Source: a virus
Lineage: Duplodnaviria > Caudoviricetes
Reading direction: 5' to 3' (one strand)
Length of the DNA: 64,000 nucleotides
IMG/VR virus record: IMGVR_UViG_3300032007_000014
Shown here: positions 18,400 to 28,855 of the stretch, one piece after another
Layout of the letters: each line of letters opens with the position of its first letter
Numbering within the stretch: the first letter of the stretch is position 1
Made by a program: the position numbers and the translations under genes
Notes under the pieces: model-generated
The model's input: only the letters and a program-made list of their open reading frames with translations
Database searches by the model: none
Told to the model about the DNA's origin: nothing

Positions 18400-20355
18400 T
18401 CAGAAGTTGAAGAATCTGTCATTGAAACCATAACCACTTCCTTTGTCTCTGAGAACTGCTTTCGGATCACTGAACAAGCTGTCCATGCGTTCGAATGACA
18501 GTTTCGTAGACAGAGCCGCTTCTGAGATGACGGGACCAAGACCTCCAAAGTTGACGTACTCATCGCCACGTTCCATGACGGGGATGCGATAATCATCTTC
18601 ATTCGTGATCATGAAGCCTCGCAACATCATCTCTACATAGAATAGCTCGATGTTGGTCTTGTGATACAGGAGTTCAATGAAATCTCCGATCAACTTCGAC
18701 ACGGAATGATATTCCTTGATCTGCGTACTGAGGAAGTTCTCAACCGCAGACAAGAAGCTCACCATATCGTCATTTACCACACGATACCTCAGTACAGATT
18801 TGTTGAAGTCAAATCCTTCCAGAGGAATATCCACAGTTTCCGGAGTCACCACAAGTTTCTTATAGTTCTTCCGCATATACTGCAGCATGTAGTTGGACAG
18901 ATATGGCTTGGTGTCACCATCGATCAGATCCAGTACATCACAGACATTTCCATCTTTGACCAACTCAATCTTCTCCACAGCTGAGAATGTTTCACCAGCT
19001 GGGATAGTCTGACGAGTCAAGTCAGTGATAGGTCCGATTGCACTGAGACTGAGACGGATCGATGTCTTCCTCAGCTTTTCAGCCAATGTAACTTGCCACA
19101 TGATGGCGTCGCCATTCTTGATCAGATATCTCGACGCTGCAAGAGGAATGTTATATTCCTTCGTCAACGTCTTGATCAGATGCTTCGTAGACAACACCAA
19201 CTGAGTAACGGACGACACTGTCTTGGTTGCCGAATACACACCGATGTGGATTTCCGGTGGGATATAGACTTGCAACCTCTGATGCATATAACCAGCGCAA
19301 TGTTCACACACTCCGTCGGTATGTCTGCATCCGAATGGACTCCAGATATTCACAACCTTGTCAACGAAGAGATCAATGTTCTTCTTCGTCAACTGGATGC
19401 TATCATCCTCTGGATAGAGTCTCCGTTTTTCTTTCGCAAGCAGATCCTTGTGTTCTTCATCCACTCGGATGTATTTCCCAAGGAAATTCTTCTTATACTT
19501 CTCTTTCAAGAAGACAGGAATTGTCACCTGAGATCCACACCATCCTGGATAAAGTCTTGGAAGCTGAGATCCGACAAGTCGGCATTTTCTTGCAAAATAC
19601 TGAGCAGCTTCAATGACATCCGTATTGAAGAATGCGGCTTTTCTTGCAGACAAAGATTCCGTAGCGAAATCATACACATTCTCCAGTCCACCAAATGCAG
19701 ATGCACTGATGGGATAAGACATCATTTCATCCGTGATGTCGGAACGACAGCCATACATGGCGAACATCTGAGGAAGCTGATTTCGTTTGAGCAACTTCGT
19801 ACGCATGAACGGTTCCAGTACATTGTTTTCAAGAATGCCTTTGGATTGCAGCATTTCATGCAACTTGTTATTGACAACCTCCATCTTCTTCTCAGCGATT
19901 CTGGTACCGAGTCTCGGATCCAGTCGTTCCGATGTAATGTCATGCAAAGGTTTCTGGATGAACAATCTGCTCAAAGACAGAGCATCCAACATGACCTGAT
20001 ACTGTCTCGTATAGTTATACGAGAAGCTGAATGTCATATTCTTGCTCAACCAGATCTGTGCGAGAACTTCCAGATATGGAAGGTTCATATCCAGCACCAA
20101 CTCACTGTAGATTTTGTCACAGCATTCTGCAGTGGTACCGTCATCAAATCCTTCAATCCAGAAGATCTTGTTTTCATCGACAGGGATGTTGAAGTGCACA
20201 TATATCCGCCACAAGATCGCATTGTAGATAGCGATTCTCAATGGCATCAACACGTGATGTCCGTTATCCATGACGATGGTGATTTCACCGGATTCAGGAG
20301 CGAGTTCCTGAATCATTTGTACATTTGTGATCTCTTTGATCGTCAATGTCCTCAT
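18400..20355 (-). CDS. Non-virion RNA polymerase beta' C-terminal subunit (phiKZ gp74-like)
   Basis: ESLSARKA...AQYFARK (bridge-helix-like), SPFGCRHTDGVCEHCAG zinc site, VTQLVLSTKH (trigger-loop-like); synteny. Confidence 0.85.
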   Translation of the reverse strand: MRTLTIKEITNVQMIQELAPESGEITIVMDNGHHVLMPLRIAIYNAILWRIYVHFNIPVDENKIFWIEGFDDGTTAECCDKIYSELVLDMNLPYLEVLAQIWLSKNMTFSFSYNYTRQYQVMLDALSLSRLFIQKPLHDITSERLDPRLGTRIAEKKMEVVNNKLHEMLQSKGILENNVLEPFMRTKLLKRNQLPQMFAMYGCRSDITDEMMSYPISASAFGGLENVYDFATESLSARKAAFFNTDVIEAAQYFARKCRLVGSQLPRLYPGWCGSQVTIPVFLKEKYKKNFLGKYIRVDEEHKDLLAKEKRRLYPEDDSIQLTKKNIDLFVDKVVNIWSPFGCRHTDGVCEHCAGYMHQRLQVYIPPEIHIGVYSATKTVSSVTQLVLSTKHLIKTLTKEYNIPLAASRYLIKNGDAIMWQVTLAEKLRKTSIRLSLSAIGPITDLTRQTIPAGETFSAVEKIELVKDGNVCDVLDLIDGDTKPYLSNYMLQYMRKNYKKLVVTPETVDIPLEGFDFNKSVLRYRVVNDDMVSFLSAVENFLSTQIKEYHSVSKLIGDFIELLYHKTNIELFYVEMMLRGFMITNEDDYRIPVMERGDEYVNFGGLGPVISEAALSTKLSFERMDSLFSDPKAVLRDKGSGYGFNDRFFNF

Positions 20356-22472
20356 GCAGTCACTCCCTCCGTGGTTTCAAGTTCCGGTCTGACATCGAAT
20401 CCAATCGCACCCATGAGATGCGAAAAGATACTGACATTTTTGTTTTCGTCGATGGCTTGTTGTGTCGTAAATTCGAACAATGGTATTTGCGATGGATGAT
20501 CACACGTGAGAAGTTGGAACGCTTCTCTTTTCACCAGATCTGAAGATGCTGATGATGTGCACATCAATCTCGCAACGATCTCACCACCCAACGACATGTT
20601 CAGCATGCAGATCTCATCCTCACCGAATCTCTGAGGAGTTTGTCCGATAGAAGACTGAGATTTCACATACTTGTTGGTTGGTTTGATCGGAGTCTCGAAC
20701 TGAGACACATATGCCATTTCGACAGAGTGGATCATAGCTGATGGGATCTTACCGAGGAGCAGCAGATACTTCGATCCGATAAGACCTTTGGATACAGTTC
20801 TGATATGTTTCTCCACACCGTTCTTATCTTTGACGATATAGTTGATGGGAGATGTCTCAACTCCGTACTTTTCAGCCATGTTGATGATGAACTCTTCTGT
20901 GAAGTTCTTGGTGAATGCGGATACAAGATAAATGCCATCTTTCTTGCAGTCCTCGACAAATTCCCGTTTGTCGTCATCTGTGACGAGCATAGACTTGATC
21001 TTCATGGCATATGCTTCACGATAATCCGCGATATACTGCATGATATACTCGTAAGCTTCTCGCCAATCAGACATTCTCTGTACTTTCTTCACCACTTCAT
21101 CAGAACAACGATTGAAGAATTGCTCATAGAACTGAGACGGATTCATTCGGTTGATCACGGATGCCGGAGTTATGATGACATCAGCTCTGTTGCCAAAATC
21201 ATCAACCGGCATATACTTGTCTGGCCATATGGCACTAACAACGCCCTTGCCACCTTCTCTCCCAGTTAATTTTGAACCCAATGTGATCCCACGTTTGTAA
21301 CCATACGTGATAACCACAGAGATGAACTCAACTGGTTCGCGTTTGTCGATCAACTGAAGTCTTCTTCCGACATATTTTCTCGGAGCAGCCATGCCGATAC
21401 ACCGAGTCACGAGCGTGTTGAACTCGCTGCTCAGTTCATATCCTTCTTCTCTGCATTTCTCCCAGACATCAATGACAGCCTGCCAATAATAACCATGTTG
21501 TTCACGGTATTTCATGAACTGACTGTACACAGATTCTTTTCCTCTGAGATTTCGCAACGCATCGAAGTTGACATAAACATCCACGTCGATCACAGTTGCA
21601 CCAGGTGGTGCTTTGTGTTCCTTATCGTGGAGATACTCAATGTTCTGCAGAGCTTCATTCGTCATGTCAGAAACGAATGTCGTCTTGTTGCGTCCACGAA
21701 GTGCAACCAGAACTCCATCATCTCTGACTGTCTCACCGATGTCTGGAAATGCCTTATAGAAAGTGTCATCTCCATACAGGTTCAGCGGGACATCATCTTC
21801 ACCGATGTTCAACTTCAACTGACAGATCGCTGTGTTCTGTCCAGCATTCGCCAGACTTTCACTGATGATAAAAGCATCCTCAGTGACACCCCATTCTGAC
21901 ATGAACACCACATTGGCGTTGACGCCCATGCAATAATACTCTCCCTTGTGATTGGGAGAGGTCATGAATTTCATGTCTTTGGGAATGAAGTTGTTGACTG
22001 TCAAGTTGTGCGTATTACACGGTGTGTTCATATATCCGAACCCATCGTGCAGCATGGTATAATTGCTTATATCCACATAATGCACTTTGTTGTCGTCCTG
22101 TCCAATATAGACGACAGTATGGGTTGGAATTGTCGTGCTGTCCGCGTTCCATTGCGTCATTTTGAATTTCGGAATGATCGCAATGATGATTGCGTCCTGA
22201 TCTCTGCTGGCATTGTCGAACTCATACTTTCCGAATATGGGTTCGTAACCAGTTGAGATCCTTGGTGGTTCACATCCATCGATAACGAGTGCCTGAGCCA
22301 AATTGCCAGACATCATCATCGTACGCTGAGAACTGCAGTACTGGATATAAGGACCAAGTAATCCTTGCAATCCAAGCAACTCCTGTCTCATCGTCAGATC
22401 TGAACGCATGATTGTGTTGATTTCTTTCATTACACTCTTTCCTGTTGTTAACGGGTTAAAACCGATTGTCAC
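20352..22472 (-). CDS. Non-virion RNA polymerase beta C-terminal subunit (phiKZ gp71-73-like)
   Basis: SSQRTMMMSGNLAQA, EDAFIISES, GSKLTGREGGKGVVS, TPASVINRMNPSQ and QRFGEDE match beta conserved regions; start may be ATG 22430. Confidence 0.92.
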   Translation of the reverse strand: MTIGFNPLTTGKSVMKEINTIMRSDLTMRQELLGLQGLLGPYIQYCSSQRTMMMSGNLAQALVIDGCEPPRISTGYEPIFGKYEFDNASRDQDAIIIAIIPKFKMTQWNADSTTIPTHTVVYIGQDDNKVHYVDISNYTMLHDGFGYMNTPCNTHNLTVNNFIPKDMKFMTSPNHKGEYYCMGVNANVVFMSEWGVTEDAFIISESLANAGQNTAICQLKLNIGEDDVPLNLYGDDTFYKAFPDIGETVRDDGVLVALRGRNKTTFVSDMTNEALQNIEYLHDKEHKAPPGATVIDVDVYVNFDALRNLRGKESVYSQFMKYREQHGYYWQAVIDVWEKCREEGYELSSEFNTLVTRCIGMAAPRKYVGRRLQLIDKREPVEFISVVITYGYKRGITLGSKLTGREGGKGVVSAIWPDKYMPVDDFGNRADVIITPASVINRMNPSQFYEQFFNRCSDEVVKKVQRMSDWREAYEYIMQYIADYREAYAMKIKSMLVTDDDKREFVEDCKKDGIYLVSAFTKNFTEEFIINMAEKYGVETSPINYIVKDKNGVEKHIRTVSKGLIGSKYLLLLGKIPSAMIHSVEMAYVSQFETPIKPTNKYVKSQSSIGQTPQRFGEDEICMLNMSLGGEIVARLMCTSSASSDLVKREAFQLLTCDHPSQIPLFEFTTQQAIDENKNVSIFSHLMGAIGFDVRPELETTEGVTA

Positions 22473-22501
22473 AATCTTATGTGAACTCTCCTAGCACAAT
22501 T

Positions 22502-22509
22502 GTAATATA
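22502..22509 (-). promoter_or_regulatory. TATATTAC early promoter motif upstream of the RNAP beta gene
   Basis: Exact match. Confidence 0.65.
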
Positions 22510-22568
22510 TGCACACTTAGGCTATGAACCTAGTGGCATATTCACAGATTATACAAAGGAAATCAGAC

Positions 22569-22928
22569 ATGGCTGCAGATAGCGAATCAGTAAAACTTTC
22601 TGATCGTTGCGAAGCACGCAAAGGTGACATGTCCGTGGATAATGAACCTTGGAAAAGATTCATTATGGATCACAAGAGATACCTTCTTGGCAAATGCTCA
22701 AAGATGGTATTAGATGTCCACGAAATGTTAAAATATAAATACAGACCTTACGACTTCGCAACGGAAAAGATGGAGATACCGATTGAGTCAACATGGATCA
22801 TGTTGTACATCAACGATATCCCAGGAATCATGGACTTCAATGAATCACTGACATCCATTTTCTCTTTTGATTCAACCATCATCAGCGATCTTTATCGGAT
22901 GTTTGAGTCAACTCAGGAAGAGAATTAA
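22569..22928 (+). CDS. Putative baseplate wedge protein (LysM / T4 gp53-like)
   Basis: YRPYDF.......TWIMLYINDI....DF pattern; ATG 22569 has SD AAGGA, with TATG upstream. Confidence 0.5.
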   Translation: MAADSESVKLSDRCEARKGDMSVDNEPWKRFIMDHKRYLLGKCSKMVLDVHEMLKYKYRPYDFATEKMEIPIESTWIMLYINDIPGIMDFNESLTSIFSFDSTIISDLYRMFESTQEEN

Positions 22929-23593
22929 TTGGACTTTCCTTCAGGTTGCTGAGGAGGATATCCGAATGTAGCGCTCCCACTACGTGGTTCGTGCATTGGA
23001 TACGGTCCACCCATCGCACCACGGAGTCCGTAGTTCGCAACGATGTTGTTCCAATATCCATGCAAGCCGTGGTAATTGAAGGACGGAGTGTAGATCGCGA
23101 ACCCGATGGATATGACCCAGATCCAAGGATAAACATTGAGAAGTTTCTCAACGTTCTTCTTGATTTCTTTGTCAAGTTCTTTCCGACGGTATTCGGTCTT
23201 TTCACTGTATCCGTTCCACTCATCTTGTTTCCAAGATCCATCTCTGATGACGGAGTTCTTGAAGTTCTCGATGAACTGATGGACGAACTCTGTTCCGAGT
23301 GCTGTTTCGATTTCGATCGCACACGCTCTGAGTCGAACCATGAATCGATTCTCGTCGGATTCGAACATGGATGTGAGTTTGCGAATCACATCTTCTTCTG
23401 ACAGTCTGGCTGGATCCATGGTAAAGACCTGGAACATCATGGACTGTTCTTGTTCGACTTTACGGTTCTGCTCGAGTGCCATTTCCTTCAAGATGAAGTT
23501 GTGGACAAGAGCTTTCGCATACTCGTACTGTTGCGTGTATTCCATACTTTCGCTCCTTTTGGTTGACATTGCCTGTAGGTGGATTCGCTCCAC
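22925..23593 (-). CDS. Hypothetical protein
   Basis: About 210-220 aa, start uncertain. Confidence 0.6.
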   Translation of the reverse strand: MERIHLQAMSTKRSESMEYTQQYEYAKALVHNFILKEMALEQNRKVEQEQSMMFQVFTMDPARLSEEDVIRKLTSMFESDENRFMVRLRACAIEIETALGTEFVHQFIENFKNSVIRDGSWKQDEWNGYSEKTEYRRKELDKEIKKNVEKLLNVYPWIWVISIGFAIYTPSFNYHGLHGYWNNIVANYGLRGAMGGPYPMHEPRSGSATFGYPPQQPEGKSN

Positions 23594-23623
23594 CTACAGG
23601 TAGTGCTTTTATTTTTGTTTGCA

Positions 23624-24595
23624 TCACCATGCGTTCGAACCAAACACAATGATGACAGGAACCATACCGTGTTCAGATGCAACAACAAACTTCTTGCCAG
23701 AGTGCAAGTAGTTTCCAATCTTCTTCGCGACATCGGCTTGTTCTGTAAGTTCCGGTGTCTTGATAGTAAGACTTGCTGTAGCGTTTTCGGTGTATTTTGG
23801 TGTCGTCAGTGTGTAGGTCTTCGATGCATTGTGAACAGTGTCTTCTGTCGTGTAGGTGAGTTTCTTTGTCGTGACATTGATTGCTTCTTTTGCCACAACA
23901 TTGATGGTATTGACACAGTTGATGTTGATGATGTCTTGGATCATCTCGATGTTCGAATCGTAGGTATTGTGCATGTGCCACGATGGAACAGTGCTATCGA
24001 GGATGAAGAAGTTACCATCAGTATCTCTGATCTCCAAGAATGAATTCTGTGGACAGATCTTGATGTCGTAACCGTGCACCTCACCATCTGCTTGTGATGT
24101 GTGAATGTGAATGCATTTCTTACCTTCATTCGTGTTAATGTCCACAAAATAAGAGGTAAGATCTGTTGCAAACTTCACAGAATTTCCTTCAACTCCATTG
24201 GGTTGTGCCATGGCAAACCAGCGAAGATGTTCATGTCTTCGAATACCTGGTTCTCTACCAAGTGGAAGCCAATAGAATTTATCAGTTCCTGCATAACAGA
24301 AGATGCGGACCCTTTCTCCCTTGTAAATACAAGGAACAAGCTGATTGTTTCCACCAAGGTAATCACAAGTCAACAGAGTTGTCAACCTGAGTTCAGACTT
24401 GGTTTTTACACCAGTTAAAGGATTTTCGACTTCTGATTTCATGACAGAAGGAACAGGGGAAGGAGGACCTTTGAAGTTTGGCAACAGTTCGGGACAGAAT
24501 GCTTTGATCTCCGAGACAAGACCTGTTTCATTGGTCGTATCACTGATACCAACGTATTCTTCCCATTGTCCGGTTGGTTTAAAATCGTCAGACAT
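23624..24595 (-). CDS. Baseplate central spike-like protein (OB-fold plus beta-helix; gpV/gp5-like)
   Basis: PCIYKGERVRIF...FYW OB-fold signature, then HIHTS..DGE...IRDTDGN and short beta repeats (ININC..TINVVAKEAINVTT). Confidence 0.65.
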   Translation of the reverse strand: MSDDFKPTGQWEEYVGISDTTNETGLVSEIKAFCPELLPNFKGPPSPVPSVMKSEVENPLTGVKTKSELRLTTLLTCDYLGGNNQLVPCIYKGERVRIFCYAGTDKFYWLPLGREPGIRRHEHLRWFAMAQPNGVEGNSVKFATDLTSYFVDINTNEGKKCIHIHTSQADGEVHGYDIKICPQNSFLEIRDTDGNFFILDSTVPSWHMHNTYDSNIEMIQDIININCVNTINVVAKEAINVTTKKLTYTTEDTVHNASKTYTLTTPKYTENATASLTIKTPELTEQADVAKKIGNYLHSGKKFVVASEHGMVPVIIVFGSNAW

Positions 24596-24702
24596 GGTAA
24601 TCCTTTGTATCTGATTTTAAACAAAAATAAAACGGATGGTTGAGAACTCGAGACAAGAGTGTGAATCTCTATTCTCAACCATCCTTACAGGAGTTGTGTT
24701 TG

Positions 24703-25869
24703 TTACACAGCGAGCGGAGCCTGTCCTGCCAGAGGCACTCCACTTGCGGTGCGTCCGGGTGCTGACATGCACGGCAACGTCGGCTGCATGAGCGGGTTCA
24801 TGAGAACCGGACCGGTAGTCGGAAGAATCGGCATTCCGTTATAGGATGCGTTCATCTGCGGCAGCGGAACTCCGGATGGAGTCGTTGTTACACCCGCGGG
24901 GTTCGGAGTCATGAAAGGATTCGTCAGAACACCGGCTGGGAGTGCGTTCTTCGGAACGCCGCCGCTGGACACTGCGCCACCGGGCATCGGAACACTGGAT
25001 CCTTCCGGGATCCTGGACTTCTTCCACGGGAGAGTGGACGCCGGAACAGATTTCTGATTGTCATTCTGCGCGGTGCCGGTCGAGAACCATCCCATCAGTT
25101 TCTGATAGGGTTCGAGATTCTGCAGGTGGTTCTTAAGCAAGGTCGGATGCAGATCCAGATCCGTCGCTTTCTTGACGACGGAAGACATCTTGCTGACTGC
25201 AGCGATCAGAACGTGGAAGATCGCATCCGCTTTCGGAATGGCGACCATTGTTCCGGTATAGGTGAAATGTTCTTCGATCTTGTCCGTACCGAAGACCATC
25301 TGCATGAATCCGCGGAAGACCTCCCAAGAGGATTTGCGGATCTTGCCCTTGAGTTTCTTCTCCAGCTCTTCGTTGAAGATGTCACTCTGCAACTGCGCGG
25401 TATGGGTCTTGTTATCGTAGAAGATATAGCCCCATTCGACAGCCTTGATCTTGTCGATCTCGCCGAGCATCTTCATGTCGATCTTGTCCATGAAGTTCGT
25501 GATGACATCCATGGCCGAATAATCGACATCTTTCTTCTTGCTCGCGGCCGCTTCAACGATCGTACTCAGCGTGTGTTTCAGGATCGAGCCGGGAAACACG
25601 CAGAGATGGTTGAAGAACCATTCGCGTTCATTGTTCTTCGCCAGATTCTCAACCAGAGGATTGAGGATGATGGCATCCGGCATGACAGGCATACCGGACT
25701 TGAACAGAGCCACGCGCATGGCTTTGCCGTTGCTGGATTTGACACCGACCGGCTCATCGTTTGCCGTTTGCATGATGATCTGATCTTTGTCGACATAGTA
25801 GACATTCCCGAGCTCCACCAAGAGCTTCAGAAACTCGTACACGTTCTCGTCGGAAATTTGCTTTTCCAT
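24703..25869 (-). CDS. Conserved-position protein (phiKZ gp70-like) with Pro/Gly-rich disordered C-terminus
   Basis: ILNPLVEN motif; follows the PicA-like gene; GC-rich biased codons. Confidence 0.55.
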   Translation of the reverse strand: MEKQISDENVYEFLKLLVELGNVYYVDKDQIIMQTANDEPVGVKSSNGKAMRVALFKSGMPVMPDAIILNPLVENLAKNNEREWFFNHLCVFPGSILKHTLSTIVEAAASKKKDVDYSAMDVITNFMDKIDMKMLGEIDKIKAVEWGYIFYDNKTHTAQLQSDIFNEELEKKLKGKIRKSSWEVFRGFMQMVFGTDKIEEHFTYTGTMVAIPKADAIFHVLIAAVSKMSSVVKKATDLDLHPTLLKNHLQNLEPYQKLMGWFSTGTAQNDNQKSVPASTLPWKKSRIPEGSSVPMPGGAVSSGGVPKNALPAGVLTNPFMTPNPAGVTTTPSGVPLPQMNASYNGMPILPTTGPVLMNPLMQPTLPCMSAPGRTASGVPLAGQAPLAV

Positions 25870-25894
25870 GATGATTGTTCCTTGTGTTTATGGG

Positions 25895-27538
25895 TTAGAA
25901 GGAGAAATCGATACCACTTAGTGCTGCTGCAGCATTCGGCATGGAACCACCCATCATTCCAGAAGGCATCGCTCCTGGCATATTCGGTGGGAAGGTCGGC
26001 ATACCGAGTGCATTAACAACACTCTTGCCCGTGCACCCTGCGATCAGTTTGTTCAATTCAGCTCCATTACTGATGAACTGCTGATCCGTTCCGATCATCG
26101 GATTGTTCAGCTGACTCATCCGATTCGAAGACTCATAGAATCCACGTCCTTCTGTGGAATACGAGAAGTCTTCGAAATGCAGATCGACGATGGTCTCGCT
26201 GTTTGCATCGTATCTTGCGTGAAGCTGGAAGTCACCACTTGCCGCTTTCAACACCGGGAACAGATTGTTCTCAAGATTGTAGCGGAATTTCATGACTGCG
26301 GCTTCAAGCTGTTGCTGAGCGATCCCAGGATCTGGATTCGGTATGAGGATATCCGCCGGAGGACGGAATTGCCATACACCTTTATCGGATGCAGTGAGAT
26401 CCAGTTTCGGAACGAAGGATGAATACGAGAAGTCGATGTGTGCGAGACCGCATTCCATGGCGATGGAAGTAATTGCCGCAGAAACCATCGACGAATAAGT
26501 CACTTTCGCCGATATCTCCGTCTGAGGAATCACATCCCATTGAGACTCTCTTGCGATCTTTTGGATCACGACTTGAATTCCAGGGAATCTCTGATCGAGT
26601 TCCTGAATGGTGATCGGAACTGTCACATCGATTGCCATCTGTTGCCATGGTTGTCCGGTGGAATGCGGGACGTTATTGGAGAACGTTCTCGTTACATTCT
26701 CCAGAGTATCACTCACTCCGATTGCATTGTCCATCGCAGATCTGGTTGCTTTGTCTGCACTGTTCTCGAGATCGATCGCAGAACCAAGATTCATCACGAT
26801 CTCCTTGAGATGATGCATTGGACTCTTCAACACAGACTGAATGCATGCGGCACCATTGTTCACATTCGCGACAGCTGCTGTTCCTTCAGTGGTCACTCGT
26901 GTTCCAATTCCATTGTCCATATGGACGTTACGAATGACATCACCTGGAGTCATGAGATACGTGTCCACATTCGCAGCCATCATGTCGAGAGAACTGTCGA
27001 TCAAATCGTTATTCACTCGAACATTCGTCTGAGGCATCGCACCCATGGAATTTGCACGATCCATGAAATTGATGAAACAATGGTGCGTGATGTGAAGGAT
27101 GCAGTTCGGATTCATGACCGGATCTGTCGAATTGATAGTGTACTCCACGACTGGAGTGTCCACACACCATCCAGAACAGATCATCCGACTCGGGGATGCA
27201 ATCGCTGCGATATCACCACCGAGATATTTCGGCGCAAGATCGAGGATCAACAAGAACGTCCATGAATTTGAAACAACTCCGGTATCCAACAGGATGCCGT
27301 TTGCCTCAGGTCTGATCGCACATGCGATATCCGGACTCTTGAGATTGTCAGATCTGGTGACTGCTTCCGTCATGCTCACGGACGACGTCAATCTGTCAAT
27401 CATGTTGTCTGTGAAGTTGTAGATGTACGGGCGGATCACTTGTGCACCGAAATTCTTCGGACTGTACAAGAACAGCATGGATCCACCTGCTTGGAAAGGC
27501 CTGAACAATGCGCCAGGCGCCAACGGTTGTTCAAACAT
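25895..27538 (-). CDS. picA: Putative phage-nucleus import factor PicA/Imp1 (phiKZ gp69-like)
   Basis: 547 aa from ATG 27538 (SD AGGAGG); lies between the gp68-like and gp70-like genes; N-terminal QVIRPY and W-T-F-L-L pattern as recalled for the family. The call rests mainly on synteny. Confidence 0.55.
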   Translation of the reverse strand: MFEQPLAPGALFRPFQAGGSMLFLYSPKNFGAQVIRPYIYNFTDNMIDRLTSSVSMTEAVTRSDNLKSPDIACAIRPEANGILLDTGVVSNSWTFLLILDLAPKYLGGDIAAIASPSRMICSGWCVDTPVVEYTINSTDPVMNPNCILHITHHCFINFMDRANSMGAMPQTNVRVNNDLIDSSLDMMAANVDTYLMTPGDVIRNVHMDNGIGTRVTTEGTAAVANVNNGAACIQSVLKSPMHHLKEIVMNLGSAIDLENSADKATRSAMDNAIGVSDTLENVTRTFSNNVPHSTGQPWQQMAIDVTVPITIQELDQRFPGIQVVIQKIARESQWDVIPQTEISAKVTYSSMVSAAITSIAMECGLAHIDFSYSSFVPKLDLTASDKGVWQFRPPADILIPNPDPGIAQQQLEAAVMKFRYNLENNLFPVLKAASGDFQLHARYDANSETIVDLHFEDFSYSTEGRGFYESSNRMSQLNNPMIGTDQQFISNGAELNKLIAGCTGKSVVNALGMPTFPPNMPGAMPSGMMGGSMPNAAAALSGIDFSF

Positions 27539-27569
27539 CGAGACCTCCTGTAATCTTTTTGTTTGAGTG

Positions 27570-28802
27570 TTAATTGTTGAACCAGGAGCATTCATAGTCA
27601 GTGAACACTCCTCTCGAACCCAGAATGGTGTACACAAGATCGGAATAGAGTCTCCTCGTTTTACCATTCTTGTGCATTAGAGTAATATATACATCTTCGT
27701 TAAATGAACGAACTATGCACATTTTCTCTATTTCGACATTGGGTTCGTAACATTGTGCAATAGTAGTCAACTGTTGCATAATGTTATTGAAGATAAGACG
27801 TGGGAATATATCGGTGTCTTTCTTTCCATTGTACACGAGATGTCCCATGTTACAACTGTAGTAGACATTACCGAAGTATGCTTCCCAATTGTCATACGAA
27901 CCTTCAATCTTGAATTCCGTGTAAGGAACTTGTTCGATAAACTTATCCAATCCATAGATCAGTGAATTTCCTAGATCACCGAAGTTGGTCTGGACTTTGT
28001 CTGTCAAACTGAATGCCGCTGGAATGCGGCGAGTGAATGGATGAACACTGAATGTTCCACTCAACATGTTCCTGACATCAGCAATTTGGATCTTTCTGTT
28101 GAGAGCGTTTCGAACATATCCACTTGTTCCGAAGATCTTTGGAGGATTCCAATCTCCAACAATACTTCTACGAATCCATGGATAAATCAATGCTTCATCA
28201 TCCCATGCCAGTGGCATAAGACAACGACCCAGTTCAAAGAACTTGTCCAAGTCTGGATCTTCATGCGCATCAATGATGTGTGCGAGTCCATATGTATCAC
28301 GTGATTCATCAACGAGTTGTTGGAGATCTGGATGATTATATTTCTCACCAGCTCTATCTAACTCATCTAAGAATGCCTCACGTGAAGTACATGCGGAACA
28401 ATAAACTCTTGGAATCGTCCACAATTCTGTAAGAACATCGATGATGTTCTGTGCAAAGTAATGGACAACTACTCTTTCTTTCTCAACAAAGTTATACATT
28501 CTCGATGAGATCGGAATGAGTTCTTTGTCAAGATTCTTTCCAAGAGACCACACGTTGATTGGTTCGAAACCAATGGCAATATATTCGATGATGTTTCCGA
28601 GTATTGACTCGATCACTTTGTATCGATACACGTTGTCGAAAGCACCATCGAATTCTCTCCCAACAGGGAAGAAGATTTCATCTGATCCAACACTGTACCA
28701 GTCATAGTCGAGATTCACACAACGTTGTCCAAAAGTAGAGCAGTCAACTCTTCTTTTGGATTCTGTCCAGCGATCCACTAAAGGTACTATGTCTAAAAGC
28801 AT
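27570..28802 (-). CDS. Hypothetical protein, paralogue of 28856..30100
   Basis: C-terminal TEFKIEG...YSDLVYTILGS aligns with TDFKFTT...YADLVWRLLAS; SD AAGGAGG. Confidence 0.7.
   Translation of the reverse strand: MLLDIVPLVDRWTESKRRVDCSTFGQRCVNLDYDWYSVGSDEIFFPVGREFDGAFDNVYRYKVIESILGNIIEYIAIGFEPINVWSLGKNLDKELIPISSRMYNFVEKERVVVHYFAQNIIDVLTELWTIPRVYCSACTSREAFLDELDRAGEKYNHPDLQQLVDESRDTYGLAHIIDAHEDPDLDKFFELGRCLMPLAWDDEALIYPWIRRSIVGDWNPPKIFGTSGYVRNALNRKIQIADVRNMLSGTFSVHPFTRRIPAAFSLTDKVQTNFGDLGNSLIYGLDKFIEQVPYTEFKIEGSYDNWEAYFGNVYYSCNMGHLVYNGKKDTDIFPRLIFNNIMQQLTTIAQCYEPNVEIEKMCIVRSFNEDVYITLMHKNGKTRRLYSDLVYTILGSRGVFTDYECSWFNN
27682..27689 (-). promoter_or_regulatory. TATATTAC motif inside the 3' end of 27570..28802, upstream of the picA-like gene
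   Basis: Exact match about 145 nt before ATG 27538. Confidence 0.5.
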
Positions 28803-28855
28803 GGGTATTACACCTCCTTTGCTCTTATCATATTACATCGTCAGATTGTAAACTT

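Noticed and set aside
20352-22472. GREGGKG in place of bacterial GRHGNKG as a sign of an inactive beta subunit
   Set aside because: phiKZ-family beta subunits are divergent here, and both catalytic-region lysines are retained.
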